Shown here piece after piece: positions 43,338-57,337 of a stretch of 64,000 nucleotides of DNA. The notes below the pieces were generated by a model. The model saw only the letters and a list, made by a program, of their open reading frames with translations, made no database searches and was not told the origin of the DNA. Each line of letters opens with the position of its first letter. The first letter of the stretch is position 1. This DNA comes from Balanoglossus misakiensis (Eukaryota > Animalia > Hemichordata). The stretch spans positions 12,747,166-12,811,165 of the forward strand of contig CM082584.2 in NCBI GenBank assembly GCA_040954595.2. Direction: 5' to 3'. The translations under genes were made by a program, and so were the position numbers.

Positions 43338-46300
43338 TCACACAAACTTCGGTTCTCGTTTACTCGCTAACGGGCTATAGGCCGCAGGTGGAGGCAGTGT
43401 CCTTGGTGGCGTAGAACCCAATCCGGGAATACTTCCGGAGGATCCGGAAAGCTCATCTTCCAGACTTGATCCGAGCGATGATCCTGTGGATAACCGCGTC
43501 CTGCTTCCGTTGCTGCCCAGACTGGCGATTCTAGTCTTTCCGGCAGCCTGTGATTCTTTGGCAGGTTGCAGTCCTATGCTGAGATTTGACCTTGTCGTTG
43601 GGGCCAGTTTTGAGCTGGCCCAACTTGGCGTAGTGTAGGCAGTGGTGATGTATGGTTGTCTCATTGCTGGTGAAGACCTTGAGTGATGAAGAGATGAGGC
43701 ACCCTCACCTGTGCTCACTGGTTTAGGTTCTTCGACAGTTCTCCTTCGAGATCTCGAAGTGATGTCACCTGGTATCACTACATCAGCATCATCAGAGTCT
43801 GTAGCAGACTCGTCACCATCTCCATGGTTACCTGTTGTGTATAAAAGAAATGGTCAACTTAGGGTTACATTGTATATACAGTAGATCTTCGCAGTGGTCT
43901 CATTTCTGAACTCTTCCACGCGACAACCCCCCTCCCTCTTCCTCAGTGTCCCAACACCCCTTGCAACACAGTGTACAAGGCCTCACCTTGTCTGTCTGCT
44001 GGTTCACCATCCACACTTTCATCAGAATCTTGCGTTATCATGGTGGAGATATCTTCACTGCTCCCGGGTAGGGACAGCCTCGGCTGTAGGTGACTGCTTG
44101 CATCTCGAGGGAGGCCACTTGTACCACTGAGTTGCTGATTGGAGTCTTTTCCTGCAATACATGATTGCCAGAGATGAATGAATGAGTGCAAGATAATGTA
44201 TGGAACGAGAAGCTTTCTCGAGTGATAAGATGAAAAGACATTGATACAAATAAAATGCAAACCTTCTTTCACAGCGACGACTGATGATTGTGAATGACCA
44301 CTTGTGTCAAGATCTGCTGCAAATTCTTCAACTGGAGTGCCAAATAACTGAAACAAAATGTAATACATTTTAACTTTGATAGTAGAAAGGCAGGGGAGAT
44401 GACAGATATTTGACCCAGTCACTACTGACAAAGTGCAACGAGAGGTTGGAAAAGCATACTTACATGTGAGTTGTGTACGAGTAATTCTATTGCTCTGGTT
44501 TGGTAAGGCATCTCAACCAATGTGGACAAAGTTACGGTGTTCTCACTGAAAAGGAATATTGCAAACAGGTTAGAGTTTGTTAGATTAAGCTCTTGCCAAA
44601 CTTGGTTTCATAAAATACATTGACCCAAATAAAGCATGATGAATACAACTTAAACACACAGCAAATGCCAATCACAGCTCACCTCTGTCTGAGCAGGTTT
44701 GGACCAAACACAATCCCAAGGTTGCTGGCTGGCATCTGATTCTTGTCACCGTGGTCAGAAACCCTGAAATGAAGAAAACGTGTCACACCATTTAATTTTG
44801 CTGTGAAAGACCTGAGTAGAGTCATTGTGGATGTATGGAGTTATTCAAACAAATGAAGATGGAGGTCTGTAAAGTCCATTGTCGTATGACAACAAAAGTG
44901 ACATTTCAACTTACAGCTTTAGATGGTGCATAAGAAGGGCCGTTGACTTGAAATTCTCTTCCGGTAACTTGGCGATGGTGGATTTCAGAAGGTTGACAAT
45001 TCTTTCATTGCCAAGATCCGGGAAGTTGAGACTCTCTTTGGCGATGCACACAAACTCTGGATACAGATGAAATGTCAGCAGAGGTTCTGGCAGCTGCAAA
45101 AAAAGAACAACAAATATTGATATGTTGTAATTGATGTTAAGATCAAAATATGAACTCACACTTAAACGTCAGAATTTTCTGCTCCTTGTTGAGAAGATTG
45201 CATGATCTCTTGTCTTGGTGCAGACATGATGACAAATTGTGGTCTATGAATGTGTGTGTGTATGTATGTAGTCAAAGACAACTCACAACAAATCATTACC
45301 TGTCGAAGGTACAGCTTAAGTACACTAGTAATGAGATGTGGTGGTGTGTCCGACAAATCCACCAAGTCAGCTCCATTTTCAAAAGTCTGACACAGCTTCT
45401 CCACTTTGGCCTTGACACCAGCGACCCTGTATAAACCCTGTCAAGAGACAAAAAAAGTTTCAGTCTAACACTAAAAATTATAGAGTCTTCCAAAATGTAC
45501 AGAAAGTTGATTTACTCATGCTATTTGTGTATTATTTATTTATTTATAATTACCTTGACCCACAGTGCTCTGTCGTTTATTTCCGATATACATTTACTGA
45601 CAATGAACGGGATTTCTTTGCTGGTGTCTTGTAGATGCTCTTTGAGACTGACGCCAAAGACATTCATCTTCCCCTGAAGTCTCTTTCCACCACATTGTAT
45701 GGCCAAGTACTCCAAACACTTCTTGTGGCTGGACAAACCACAGTGCTCGCACTCGGCCCCATTGAAGTAAACATAACTGTCACACTCTCGGCACTTGGAG
45801 GGCGCTCGGAGTTTGCGGAAAACGTGCGTATGTGATGCTTTGGATTGGGGAGTGTTTTTGAACTTGCCTTCAGTGGTTGGGAGAATCCCTAAGTGAAAAT
45901 AGAAGCGGAAACAGATTCAGCTTATGTGCTAAACCTGAATAAAGCTCAAGGATGTCACAAGGATATTTTAAGAAAATCCCACTGTTTTCTATACTTTGGT
46001 TGGCACCATCAAGAAACTGGCATAAAAGGATAAATTCTGAGCCATAAGCACTGCAAAAATAAAACCACCACATTCTTACTTGTATCAAATTTCATACTCT
46101 GTGGTTCATCAGTGACTTCATCCCCAGACGACACATTGCTTGAAGTTTCATGCGGCAGTTTACGCTTGATGTCGCGAGGACTGGCCGATGGCGAGGCGTC
46201 TTGAGATCGCGAACTGCTACCACTGGCACTCTCGCTGTCACTCATTGGCTGCGAAGGATGACTCCATGCGTGCACGGGCTGCGGGGTTCTGGGTTTATCT

Positions 46301-49300
46301 ATACAATGGAATACCAGTAAAAAGTCAGTAATATTCTGTGAGTCATTGGTAAGACCAGTATGCATCTATCATCTTTCTCAACACTATATTATTCTTATAT
46401 CAATGTCTTAAAGACTGTCCTTAGTATCTGAGAATCAGACGCACCTCCTTTGGTCTCTGTTCTATTGCCCGCATGTTTACCAGACACTCCAAACCAATCT
46501 TCAGGCACCGTCAACTCTCCACTACCTGTGCTGCTGGTAGAGTGACTGCTTGTTTTCCTGTTCAAACCGGGTCTTCTGGTGGAAAAAATCATTACAGTAT
46601 TATTCACACATAAAGTAACACACACGTTTAAGCTTTAGAGAATGAAAAGTGAATTGCACTACAGGTGACACAAGCCCGAAAACACGACTTAGATGGCAGC
46701 AGCGCCCTCTTGTGTCAAGAAAACAACAAGCAAGAATGCATCCAAAATTCAGAGATACTTACGGACTTTCTTTGGCTTGACTGACATACGGTTCAAATGT
46801 AAATGGCTCAGTATTTTGGTGTTTACTGGCATGAACTGGCTGATGACGTACAAACTCACTAAACTGTGCACCAGGCTCATAGATTCGACATTGCTCACTC
46901 AGTGACTGATACTGTGAAGAAAACAAAACAAGGAGAAAATGTCATACATGTTTTCAGATCTACACTACCGTATACTGCTATACTACACTTCAACTCTACA
47001 CTTCTATTCCATTAAAAATACTATGATGAATTATTATAACACACCAACAATGAGACTCCGTCAAACTAACTCCTAACAATCTCACACCAAATGGATGAAC
47101 ACATACCTGTACAGGTGCTGGGGCCGACAGAGAATGCATGAGTTGAAAGTATCCCACTGTTACAGCCTTCATTGTTTGGTCACACTGCCATATCAACTCT
47201 CTCAGTTCTGTCACCAAGGATTTCTGATAAACAATAAAACAGAGGATGGTTGTCAAGGGAAGATTCAAGCTTCGTACATATATACTACCCACCCATCTGC
47301 TAGAAATCCCCCGAAACTGGTGGTGGACATAAGTGTGAGTCGGTGTGACATACCTTTGTGTCCTGCACATCTTTCTGTTTGCTGTTGGCTTCAACCACAC
47401 AAGATTTGTACACAGTCTCTGCATCATCCGCCTGAAAATGATCAACAAATATGAAAGTTTCCATGTGGTAAAAATTAAATAATCCCCACACCGCCTTCTT
47501 TTACCCCAAACACCAAAAGGACAGACACTTCAGATAACTACACCCTCTCAATGTCTCCTACCTTCCTTTGTGCATCCTCTTCAATCTTCTTTCTCTTGTC
47601 CAACTTGGTGTGTCCTGTGCTCACTGAAGTGCTCTCTACTTCCGCCTTGGCTGTCATCTCCTTGGCTTTCTCGTATTCCTGCTGTCTTTGCATGTACACT
47701 TGCCGTGCTTTGTCCAAATTCGATTTACAGTCAGACTGAAATTGGGGCAAAAATAACATTTCATGTATACCCCAAAATGATCCTGTTTTGTTTCAAGCTA
47801 CATCAAAACTTAAGCAACTGCTTCAGTTCCAATTCCAGATGTCCACTGAACCAACACCATCACAATGACACTCACCATTTCTTTCTTGATTTTCGTCCAT
47901 GACTGTTTAATTTCTTTTCTCTTCTTATCATGTTCATTTCGCCTGGCTGCCAACGGCTACATCAGGATAGAAATAAATATGACATTTAATAGATGGCATT
48001 AAGCCCCATCTACCCATCATTGGGTAGACTCGATAACTTCATCATTAATGCAAACAGAAAAACTGATCATAATCTGCTCACCTCCAGGAATTTATGGACT
48101 TGAACTTGATTATAGGTGGTTTCACAGTTGGAAGAATATTCCATGTCTTGTTGTAAAGCTGTGCAGTAGATCGACTGCAGTGGTAAATAACTCTGAAAGA
48201 CAAAGAAAAAAACAGTGTTTAATGTGGTATTATTGTGCTATAGTTTTACTTTTCTGAGCATTGTAATCTGTAGCATTTACAGCCCAGGGTCATTTGCATT
48301 ATTACCTACCTCTTCAGACAAAACAGGTCTTGTACTTTGAGCTAACTTGGCAAGATTCCTGGCAAATTCAGTTTCTGGAGAAAGAGAGAGGGAAAAATGA
48401 CACAGAATTGTTAATAAAACTTTGTCAATTAATTAGTACAGTGTAAGATCTTCTCATATTTCTTGAGTTTAATCAACTTCGTTTCATATCCATATGATAT
48501 ACATTTTGACAAAAAAGAACGGGAACTTACCAATGTGAACTCTTTTCTCTACATATGCCATAACATCTTTAGCATACTTGGACCACGCCTTGGCTCTCAA
48601 TAAACCCAGATCAACACCCGACTCTAAAGACAGCAAGGTATTATCAATTTCCTCCCGAGTCATGCAAACTATGGAAAGAAGAATTGAGAGTATGTCAGAA
48701 CATTTGATGGGTACACAACATCTGCACATTTAAACCCATACTTGCAGGTCAAAAGTTGTCTGGAGGCTAAATCAGCTTATAAGCCACACCCAGATCACTT
48801 TACTGTCTTCAAGGAAGTGCTTCTTATGATCAAATGTGGTAAGCACTCTTTGTGATATTAAAGGCATTACAAGAAATAATGCCTTGTTTTTTTAAATCTA
48901 CCAATAATTTCTGTACAGCGTTGCTCACTCTTTCTACCAAGCCAGACACCTGGGTCCCTGCGTCTACCACAACATCCCACGATGCCTCCCAAGTGAACAT
49001 ACCTGGTTCCCGGCTGTCCAACACAGCATCCCTTGATCCTCCATCAGAACTCCAACTGGTGGATGATAGATTGTCATATGATCTTGACTGAGAGGCATTT
49101 AGACAAGGTCCTGATTGGTCCAGATCACCCATAAGGTATTCGGACACACTGCAATGGGACACAGAGATCATTTTTTAAGAATAATGTTATTTTGAGAAAG
49201 ATCTCTTCAAATATAAGTTTACGAACTCAACCCACCAAGCATGTCCATCACCTGAAAGATCCAAACTGGGATTTCAAACACACAACTCACCTGCTGCTGA

Positions 49301-52300
49301 ATGCCAATGCCAGCTGGTCAATGGCATCGTAGAACTCTGAGTGATTTTCTTTGTCGTATTCATTGGTAAAACCTGCAACAGAAACACAAATCCATCAATC
49401 CAACAGCTGAATAATATCTTATGGCATTAAAGACTGTACTTGAATTTAATAGTGCAAAGGAACACGAGGTGATTCATTCGCGACAACTCACCTTTAATTT
49501 GGCTAATCAGAATGACTGCAGCAGTGTGTATGTCCGTTGAATGCAATGCTGGGTATTTGTTAAGTACATTCCGCAAAATGTTTAAAAGCTCACGTAGTCT
49601 TTCATGGGCTGCAACTCGGGGAGTTTCGGATCTCTCTGGAAGAGGAAAGAGACACAATATTTATTTAATCTTGCAATAATTTTATTAATAAGACTATGAT
49701 TATTGTAGAGTGTGGTATTAAGGCATAATTAACAAAGCTGGTGAGTTGGTCCTCTTGGTATCTGTGGATTACTTATATCATTCTTTGTGGTAGTATACAT
49801 TTACAACTTCAATGGTATCTATGTACGTCACTATTTCCAATGCTCTAACTATACCACCGCACAGCAGGTGGTTTGCCATTAAATATTAATGCCAATTGCA
49901 GTTTCGCATTTACTTTTGTTGAACACGAATCAATTTCCTGCTTTCTTGTGATGAATGGACAATTCCTTCCGTATTTCCTCAAATCCATGTTGTAAAAAAG
50001 TCTAAGTGGATTTCCCAGGAAAGAGTCCGGAATGTGGCCGGCATTCTTTGCTAACATGTAGTCACTATAGAGGCAGAGATCTTTTTTGAATAGAAGCAGT
50101 CCTACTGGGGATATAAGTAAAGTCCATGATACAAACAAGCGTGCACTGTTGTGTCTACCAATATGATCAGAGTTGCAACTGACTTACAAGGACTATTCCA
50201 AAACTCTAGTCACAGAACTAAAACAAAACACTCTATCTTTCCATGATCACTGTTTCCCTATCTCTGCCCCCTTCTCTCTCTCTCTCTGTTTCTCTCTCCC
50301 CAAATTCCATCATCCACCTTCACAGGTCATTAACACTACACCACCTGGTATCCTCACACCAATCTCATCAAATAACTGAAAACCGATCAATAATTCACCG
50401 ATCCAACCAAACACATTCCATCCACAGATCAATCCTTAATTGCGATAATCTCTCACAGTCAATTGTACAGCAGACATTGACCTTTCCATCAACCATTCAC
50501 TGCCTTTCATAGACTTGAAACAATAGCAAGACTAATTACATTGTTTCAATAAGTAAACACCATTCATTAGGAACCAAAATACTCTTTGGAAACAGAAAAT
50601 TGTAACATTTGTTAAAAGTTCTTTTATACACTGAATATTGTCCCTTGAAGTTGATTGTTTGTGCCGATATCACACACAACCACCAAACAAAGGCAAAGAA
50701 CTACTAGCAAAAAGGAAGCAAGTCTTGATGTCCATTCCATTGAGGCAACAAAATTATATTTCTTTATGTTTCTCAGACTTCATATTTTACAGTTCTCGTA
50801 GAGATCATAGCAGACTGTTAGATAAGTCTATCAACACCTACAGTCATGAGAACAGTGTATCATGGGTAATCTTGTTGTTTTCTTCAGTCAGTCCAGGGTC
50901 AAGGGTATCAGATGTGACCATGGCCATGGTTCTGGCCATGGTCATGGAGCAAATTGAAACATGCATCTTGTTGTCAACACATTTTAATTTATGCAAACTA
51001 TTTTCAATGACGAAATGGCTAAAGCTCATAAACAAGTCAAATACCAGTGAATAAAAATCTGTTTAGAAATATATACAAAACCATAAAACACGTGATAATA
51101 CACTGAAGCTGCAGAAACCAATATTTTTTGTGAAGTTCTCAGTTTTTCTATTTCCAGGTTAAAGTACATTCTCAAAAGCCCTCTGGGTAGATGCTTAGCA
51201 GAGCGTACAGACCGTCTCACAGAACAATGACGGACACACGAACAAACACGTTCAAAATATCACCCATTTGGACAAAACAACCATAACATATAATTTGTGT
51301 GTCCATGACCACAGCCAAATCAACACAGTGCAAACATTGCAAGCACATCACATATTTTATTTTGTCAAACGACTATCACTCTGTATGCTGCATTAAGGTT
51401 ACAATTATTGTCACATCCGTGCGGATACAACGCAGCACAATACCTATAACAATATCAAAACCCTGAACTGCTGCTGTTCTGTTGAAAAGCTCTGAAGCAT
51501 TCACAACAATCTTTTCAACTTGACGGATTGTGTGTTTTACTGTGGCAACAGGACAAGCCCCAGGTTACACCATTTACACCACGTTACCCATTTATCAACT
51601 GTCACTACAGAACAGCTCCAAACTTGCTACTTGCCTCCCAAACTCTAAAACATTTCTTTTTCCCAAAGTGCGGACAACATTTCATTAAAATATTACAATG
51701 TTTGTGCACCTTAATGACTTTTTTCCCCCCAAAAAGGAGTCATCTTCATAGTCAGCGAATACGTCTAAGTTACGTAACTGTTCATGTGATGAGCCAGACA
51801 GACAAACAGAATCAATCAAGGCTGGACTGTTTATGGTCAAAACCTTGAATTCATTAAATCTGTCTGAGCAAACTTGGTGACAACTTCACAATGGATGTTA
51901 CAGACAATCAAATTAAAGTTTACTCTCTTGAAACAAAAGGTATTTTGTCACCTCGTAGTCATTTGCATACTTGCACTATGAGGTATTAGTTTACTTGGTA
52001 TGTTACAATGGCTTCTGTTCTGTAAGGTGCACACGTTGAAAGCTATGGTTTTTACCACATGCAAGTCTCCAGGGCCTAGTTTGGTATGTTTAAGTATAAT
52101 ACGTAGTATAATTAAATTAAAATTGATCCGTCTAAATGCTATGAAAAAATTCCCACGTGTTCTTCATGTACTCAGAATCTGTGCAACAGGGAACGGACAG
52201 TTATTCACTGCAGATAGCAAATCCTTTACTCAGACCGATCTGAAGCACTGTCTTGAGATTAATAAAATCTTGAAGAATTGGAAGAAAAAATAAACAGTTT

Positions 52301-55300
52301 TGTTCTTTCCGGGTCATTTGAGCAGAAGGCCAAACACATTTAATATCCCATCCATTGAAGAGCTACATTGATCAGCTGTTTACAACTGATCCATTTCAGG
52401 ACAAGACTGTGCACGATTTGCGACTTTCACCCTGACCTGAAATGAGCGCTGAAAGAAACAAAATCGCAAGCAAGAGGTGTTGACCAGGAAAACCAAACCA
52501 AGCTTGGCCGCGCAAAGCAAGGTTTCCTCATCACCTGGAAATCACTTACCCCTCATTCTCCTGTGACGAGACGCCGGCATCAAAATCTCAGAGAGGAATA
52601 TTCCGGAGTCTCATAGCGACAGCAAATTAAAGCCAGCTGCAGTGTCAGTTAAAATTTCAAAGTACTCAGGCGAGATTTAAATTTAAATCCTTTTACTGGC
52701 CATTGTAAGTTGATCAGAGGGTAACCACGCTTACATAATATCTGGTTGTTTTCCAAGTTTGGAGGGTTTTTGTCTATTTTTAGTAGAAGATATTGACAAA
52801 AGGGACTACACGGACATTTGGATGAGGTTTTTTTGTCAAAGTCAACTGCTCGTAAATGTTATAAGAAAATTCGTATCTGCATTCAAGATATGGAAGTTTT
52901 TAAAACTAGTCTTTAGCTATTCGGGGCCATTGCTACAAACCTGGGAACTTTTATTCTTGTCTGAAGCTACCTCAAATTTTACTGCTTGACTGAAAGTGAA
53001 TGGACAACCTTTGCCCAGCATTTTACCCCTACAGGCAACAAACTTGTCATGCTCTATTTTGTTTATAGTGGGGGAAAAATTATACTGAGTGCAATCACTG
53101 TGGGTCTGTAATTTTAGACTTTTCAATGAAAGAAGAAATGCCACATCGAATAGGTGAATAGCAATAAGATGTTCCTCAGTGTATTAAGGTCCAGCTGATG
53201 ATAGGCTATGCTGTTGACGAGGATTGTGCCAAATGATAAAGGGATACAGAACCACAGAATATATGTGCGATAATTTTCTTATGTTGTGTCATCCTCAACT
53301 ACAGAATCTTGAGCTAAGTCACCACAATACAGAACCAGTAAACACACATTGCAACAGTCTAGTTGCCTGCTATTATCGACTTCCTGATCCACGAATCGGA
53401 AAACTGCACATACCATTAGAAATGCAAGGCACCTGTTACCTTCTCATATAAAAGCAGAACATAAAAGAACGCCGTCAATCAATAATTCCTAAAGTCTGTC
53501 GGGGACAGGGGTTTACACGAAATGCCTGAATGCCAACGTGACCCACGGGCCGCGTACAGAATACCTGGACGTGTTGACACACTACCTGCAGCATTCAATG
53601 CGCGCTCTTTTTGTGGAGCTGTCAAGCTGAACGTCTGTTCATGTGTTGGGTTTTTCAACGGCCCATACAAATCAGCCTCAAATCCCTTGAACCAATTGTG
53701 AAAGAAAACATACTGGTCAATGTCTGGCACAAGTGGGTGTTTGCAATCGATACTTGTATGAGAAAACTAACAGATCAATCTATGAGGATAGCAGTAGTTC
53801 TATAGCTTACAAATGTAACCGATTATTTTGCTAAATAGCTTCCAAAAAGATTATTGTGGAGAACTTCTGGGTCATGAACCACAGAAAACCACACATGGTT
53901 GGCAAGTGACCAACTACCGAATTTCCTTTTCATGGTTTGGTGTTGGCTATTTTCATTTTGTCACCAAGAACAAAAATTCCAATTTGGACCATGAAAGACC
54001 AATAACACAGCTCCTAATCAACAACCATATTGAGCATCAACCAATCAAACTGTGCACCAAATCAAAATAAAGAATTGACCACACATTCTGCTTGGGGATA
54101 TTGACAATTCACATTTAACACGCCACAATTATTGTCTACGTGTTGTTTGAAGCAACACAGGTTATGTCCTTCTACAGCACCAATTAGTTTGATTATTCCC
54201 GCATTTGCCGTGTTTTTTTCTCCGACAAGTAGCCATACAATGTTTCGTCTACGCAGTTATACAACACAGTTAAGACGTCCACAATGACCCAAGGACTTCT
54301 GTACACACAGAATCAATGAATGCTCTGTACCATCATCAATCTTTGGTGAAGCCATTTTCTTCACAGGTGAGATGAGTATGGCTCATAAAGCCAGGTGCTA
54401 TGACGCAGGTTCCGTGGAATTCTTTTTATCAGATACAGAGTGGCCTGTACTAGAATTGTTGAAAAACTTTATCAGTGTGTTCTTTGATAATCTGTTAAAA
54501 CACTTCATGTTTCAGTTTGGGAGAAATACAAGCTAGCTGACAAGAGCTTTAAGATACGGAACGGATTTTGTGTTCTGTTTCAACCTTAACCTAAGGCTTA
54601 AAACAATGGAAAATTACTCAATATACATCATCTTCAAATCATGATTATGAAACTAAAAATGATCATGCCTTTTTCAGCAATCTCTGGGAAATGTATTTGC
54701 ACTTTCTTTGAAACAGAAATACACTTGAAGGTCCTATTTAGGTCATGACAAGTGGACTTGAGTTCTAAATTTCGTAAGCCGCTTACCACCAAGGTGACAA
54801 CACCCCTGACTTATCCCGCTTCCAGTACGACTATTCTCCCCTTCTTCTTCTTCTTCATCTTCCGACCAAAATTCAATTTCCTTGGTTTTAATTCCATTGG
54901 GGTGATTGTGATTTTGGTCCTGGAACAGTTCCACAATCACCAGATCTGAGGCGTCACACATGGTACATGATTTGGTTCTGTGGTGGGGGCGAGTCCAGTA
55001 TCAAACAAAAACTCCTGAACTGAACGGTTGAGAGGCTACGGCAAAATGAGACTGGGTTCGGCAAATTTGCGCATGGTTTGCTGAGCTGCATGCAAGTGTG
55101 CTATCAAAAAGAAATCAATATCCTGTTTTGTTTTTATTCCACAATAACACTCTTACTTCGACTATTTCAATCCTTCAGTCGGAAACCAATTGGCTGAAAA
55201 GCTGCAGAACAATCCATTTTGTGTGGAGGGGTGCTGGCATCAATACGGCAGGTGAGAACAATGATTCACAAGACAAGCAAACTTTGTGACAACCACAAAA

Positions 55301-57337
55301 ACTCCCCCAAAAGAATAACACCGGTCCAAGTTGTGCATTTCACGGGAAATTTTGACAGTTCTACGTGTACGCTTGCCACAACTAGATTGATCGCTCTGTA
55401 GAAATCTCACCCACCCGCGAAAAATCCATCAGCGACGTTCTCCGCGAGACTGTCGCTGTTACCCCTTTTGTGAATCCTTTTGTTGCCAGCTTGTCTGTTG
55501 CCATCCGTAAATCTATGTGCAGTCAAAGCAACAGTTTGGACGAACAAAAGAGAGGTTGAGACCCTGCTTATATAGCCCTGTTTTACCTGTTGACTGAAAC
55601 CCCTGAAAAAGCCTGGTCAAAGAAGACTTGGCCTGCTAAGAAGGCATTGTCACTCCACGCCCCTCTCACCTCACAATGGTCAAACTAAAAACGTAAGATT
55701 TTGCAATGTCTAAGATCTTCACACAGGGATTTGACAATCGTGGTATTAACATTCCTATGCAGAGTACTTCAGTCACTCTAAATGAGTTGTTACGACTACA
55801 GATGAATTTAATCCACGGAATTACAGATCAACCTCAGCAGTGTCTTTCATCGCTATGGTAATAACCTTCCCGGGGTTTCCAAACTTCATTTATTTTGAAA
55901 GACACTTCCAGTAGGAAGCACCGTCATCCAGCTACAGACTAGGTCCACCCACACTCCACTGCTATAGAATTTCTGTAGATTATCACTGAGGGAAGGTAAA
56001 CCCCTTTCATGTACAATGCTCTTTTGTGGTGGTCACGGAAACAACCTGTTTCCTCCCAAGATTTCTTCTGCTCATTTCCCTCAGTGTATATTACAAATCT
56101 TGTTCTCAAAATCATGGCTTCAAAAATGAATGTGTTTCGGAATGGATGCTGCACATTCAAAGATTTTTCTCTCAAAACACTAAAATGTCCAGTCATAACC
56201 TGTGCATGTAACAATAGATAGAGTCTAGATACAAAGGCAAGGTTTTATTTACACAAACAAATAAAAGACTGGTGTGTACAACTACAGAAGACAATATGTA
56301 AAATGCTACAAAATACCAAATGGGTTTTTTATTTATCGTCTCTGAATACTCTAAATTGATCTTTCATTGCCAATAACACGTCTACCATGGAGACTTCAAC
56401 ACAAGGGTCCATTCATATGAAAGCTTTGCAGGATATGCCTTACTGACTTGCCGTCAAAAGAAGCGGTCTTTGTAGAGTCACTGGACCGGCATACAGAGGC
56501 AGTCTCGACAAAACACAACATTGTGTGTTTTTATGTCCTCCACACACAAGAACTCTCACCATTATCACAACATAAAATGGCATTTACAAAAAGGTTGCAA
56601 AGCTCGTCTTTTCAAAACTGAAGTTTAGCACTTTCGCAAATACTGTTAACTTTCTTGCCAACAATAATTGTAGCAAATCTTTGTCAAACTTTTCTTGAAA
56701 TGAGAAGAATTTGTGTCCTATTTTCTCACTAGTTACTAAAGAATAATATCTATATAGCCAGCATTGCTATAAACAAGTGAATTGTCATCTTGATTTTAAC
56801 TCAATCTTGAACAATAACCAATCTTAACCAAACCCTGTCTAGTTTGGAAACTTGTCCTCGTACTTGTATTTCACGAACATGCCCGTAGGGGGCGCCATTT
56901 CCCACACCACAGCAGTGCCTTCTCTGACTGGTTGCAATGTCTTCTGATGTATCAGTTGACATTATCTTTTTCAAGACAATACTTACGCTCCATCAAAAAC
57001 ATCTTGAGAAGAGATAATCTTTCAAACTGGCAAACATTTTAAAGTATAAAATAAAGTTTCACTCACCTCCATCAGGTTGGAAAATATTCTTCAATTTGGC
57101 GAGTGCATCAGAAAAGTTCCTGACTTCTTGAGTGAGTTGAATGATGTCCTCTTGGTCCATGATTGCGCCGTCCACACAATCAGAGCTCAGACTACTCAGA
57201 GAGTTGCTCTTGCTGGTTTTGCTGCCGACGCCGCTCCGACTGATTTGTCTTCGCGTGCCGAAGTGGCGAGGGCTGGAGTCTGGAGTTGTACCCATGGATG
57301 TCATGCCAGATCGACCTGCATGTTCACCCAATGATTC
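43338..57337 (-). CDS. ARHGAP45: F-BAR/C1/RhoGAP protein of the ARHGAP45 (HMHA1)/ARHGAP29 (PARG1)/GMIP family; 5' exon(s) further upstream
   Basis: 'RVAAHERLRELLNILRNVLNKYPALHS', F-BAR 'GVDLGLLRAKAWSKYAKDVMAYVEKR', C1 'HVFRKLRAPSKCRECDSYVYFNGAECEHC', GAP 'IPFIVSKCISEI', 'LCQTFENG', 'VLKLYLRQLPEPLLTF', 'NLGIVFGPNLL', C-terminal PDZ-ligand 'REPKFV*'. Confidence 0.9.
54787..54961 (-). CDS. Candidate alternative first coding exon of the RhoGAP (acidic N-terminus)
   Basis: ORF 'MCDASDLVIVELF...WSEDEEEEEGENSR...CCHLG' ends at a phase-1 donor G|GTAAGC that matches the phase-1 acceptor at 49635. Confidence 0.45.

Noticed and set aside
49845-51054. Intronic ORFs 49845-50138 and 50844-51035 as additional RhoGAP first exons
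   Set aside because: No donor in the phase required by the 49635 acceptor.
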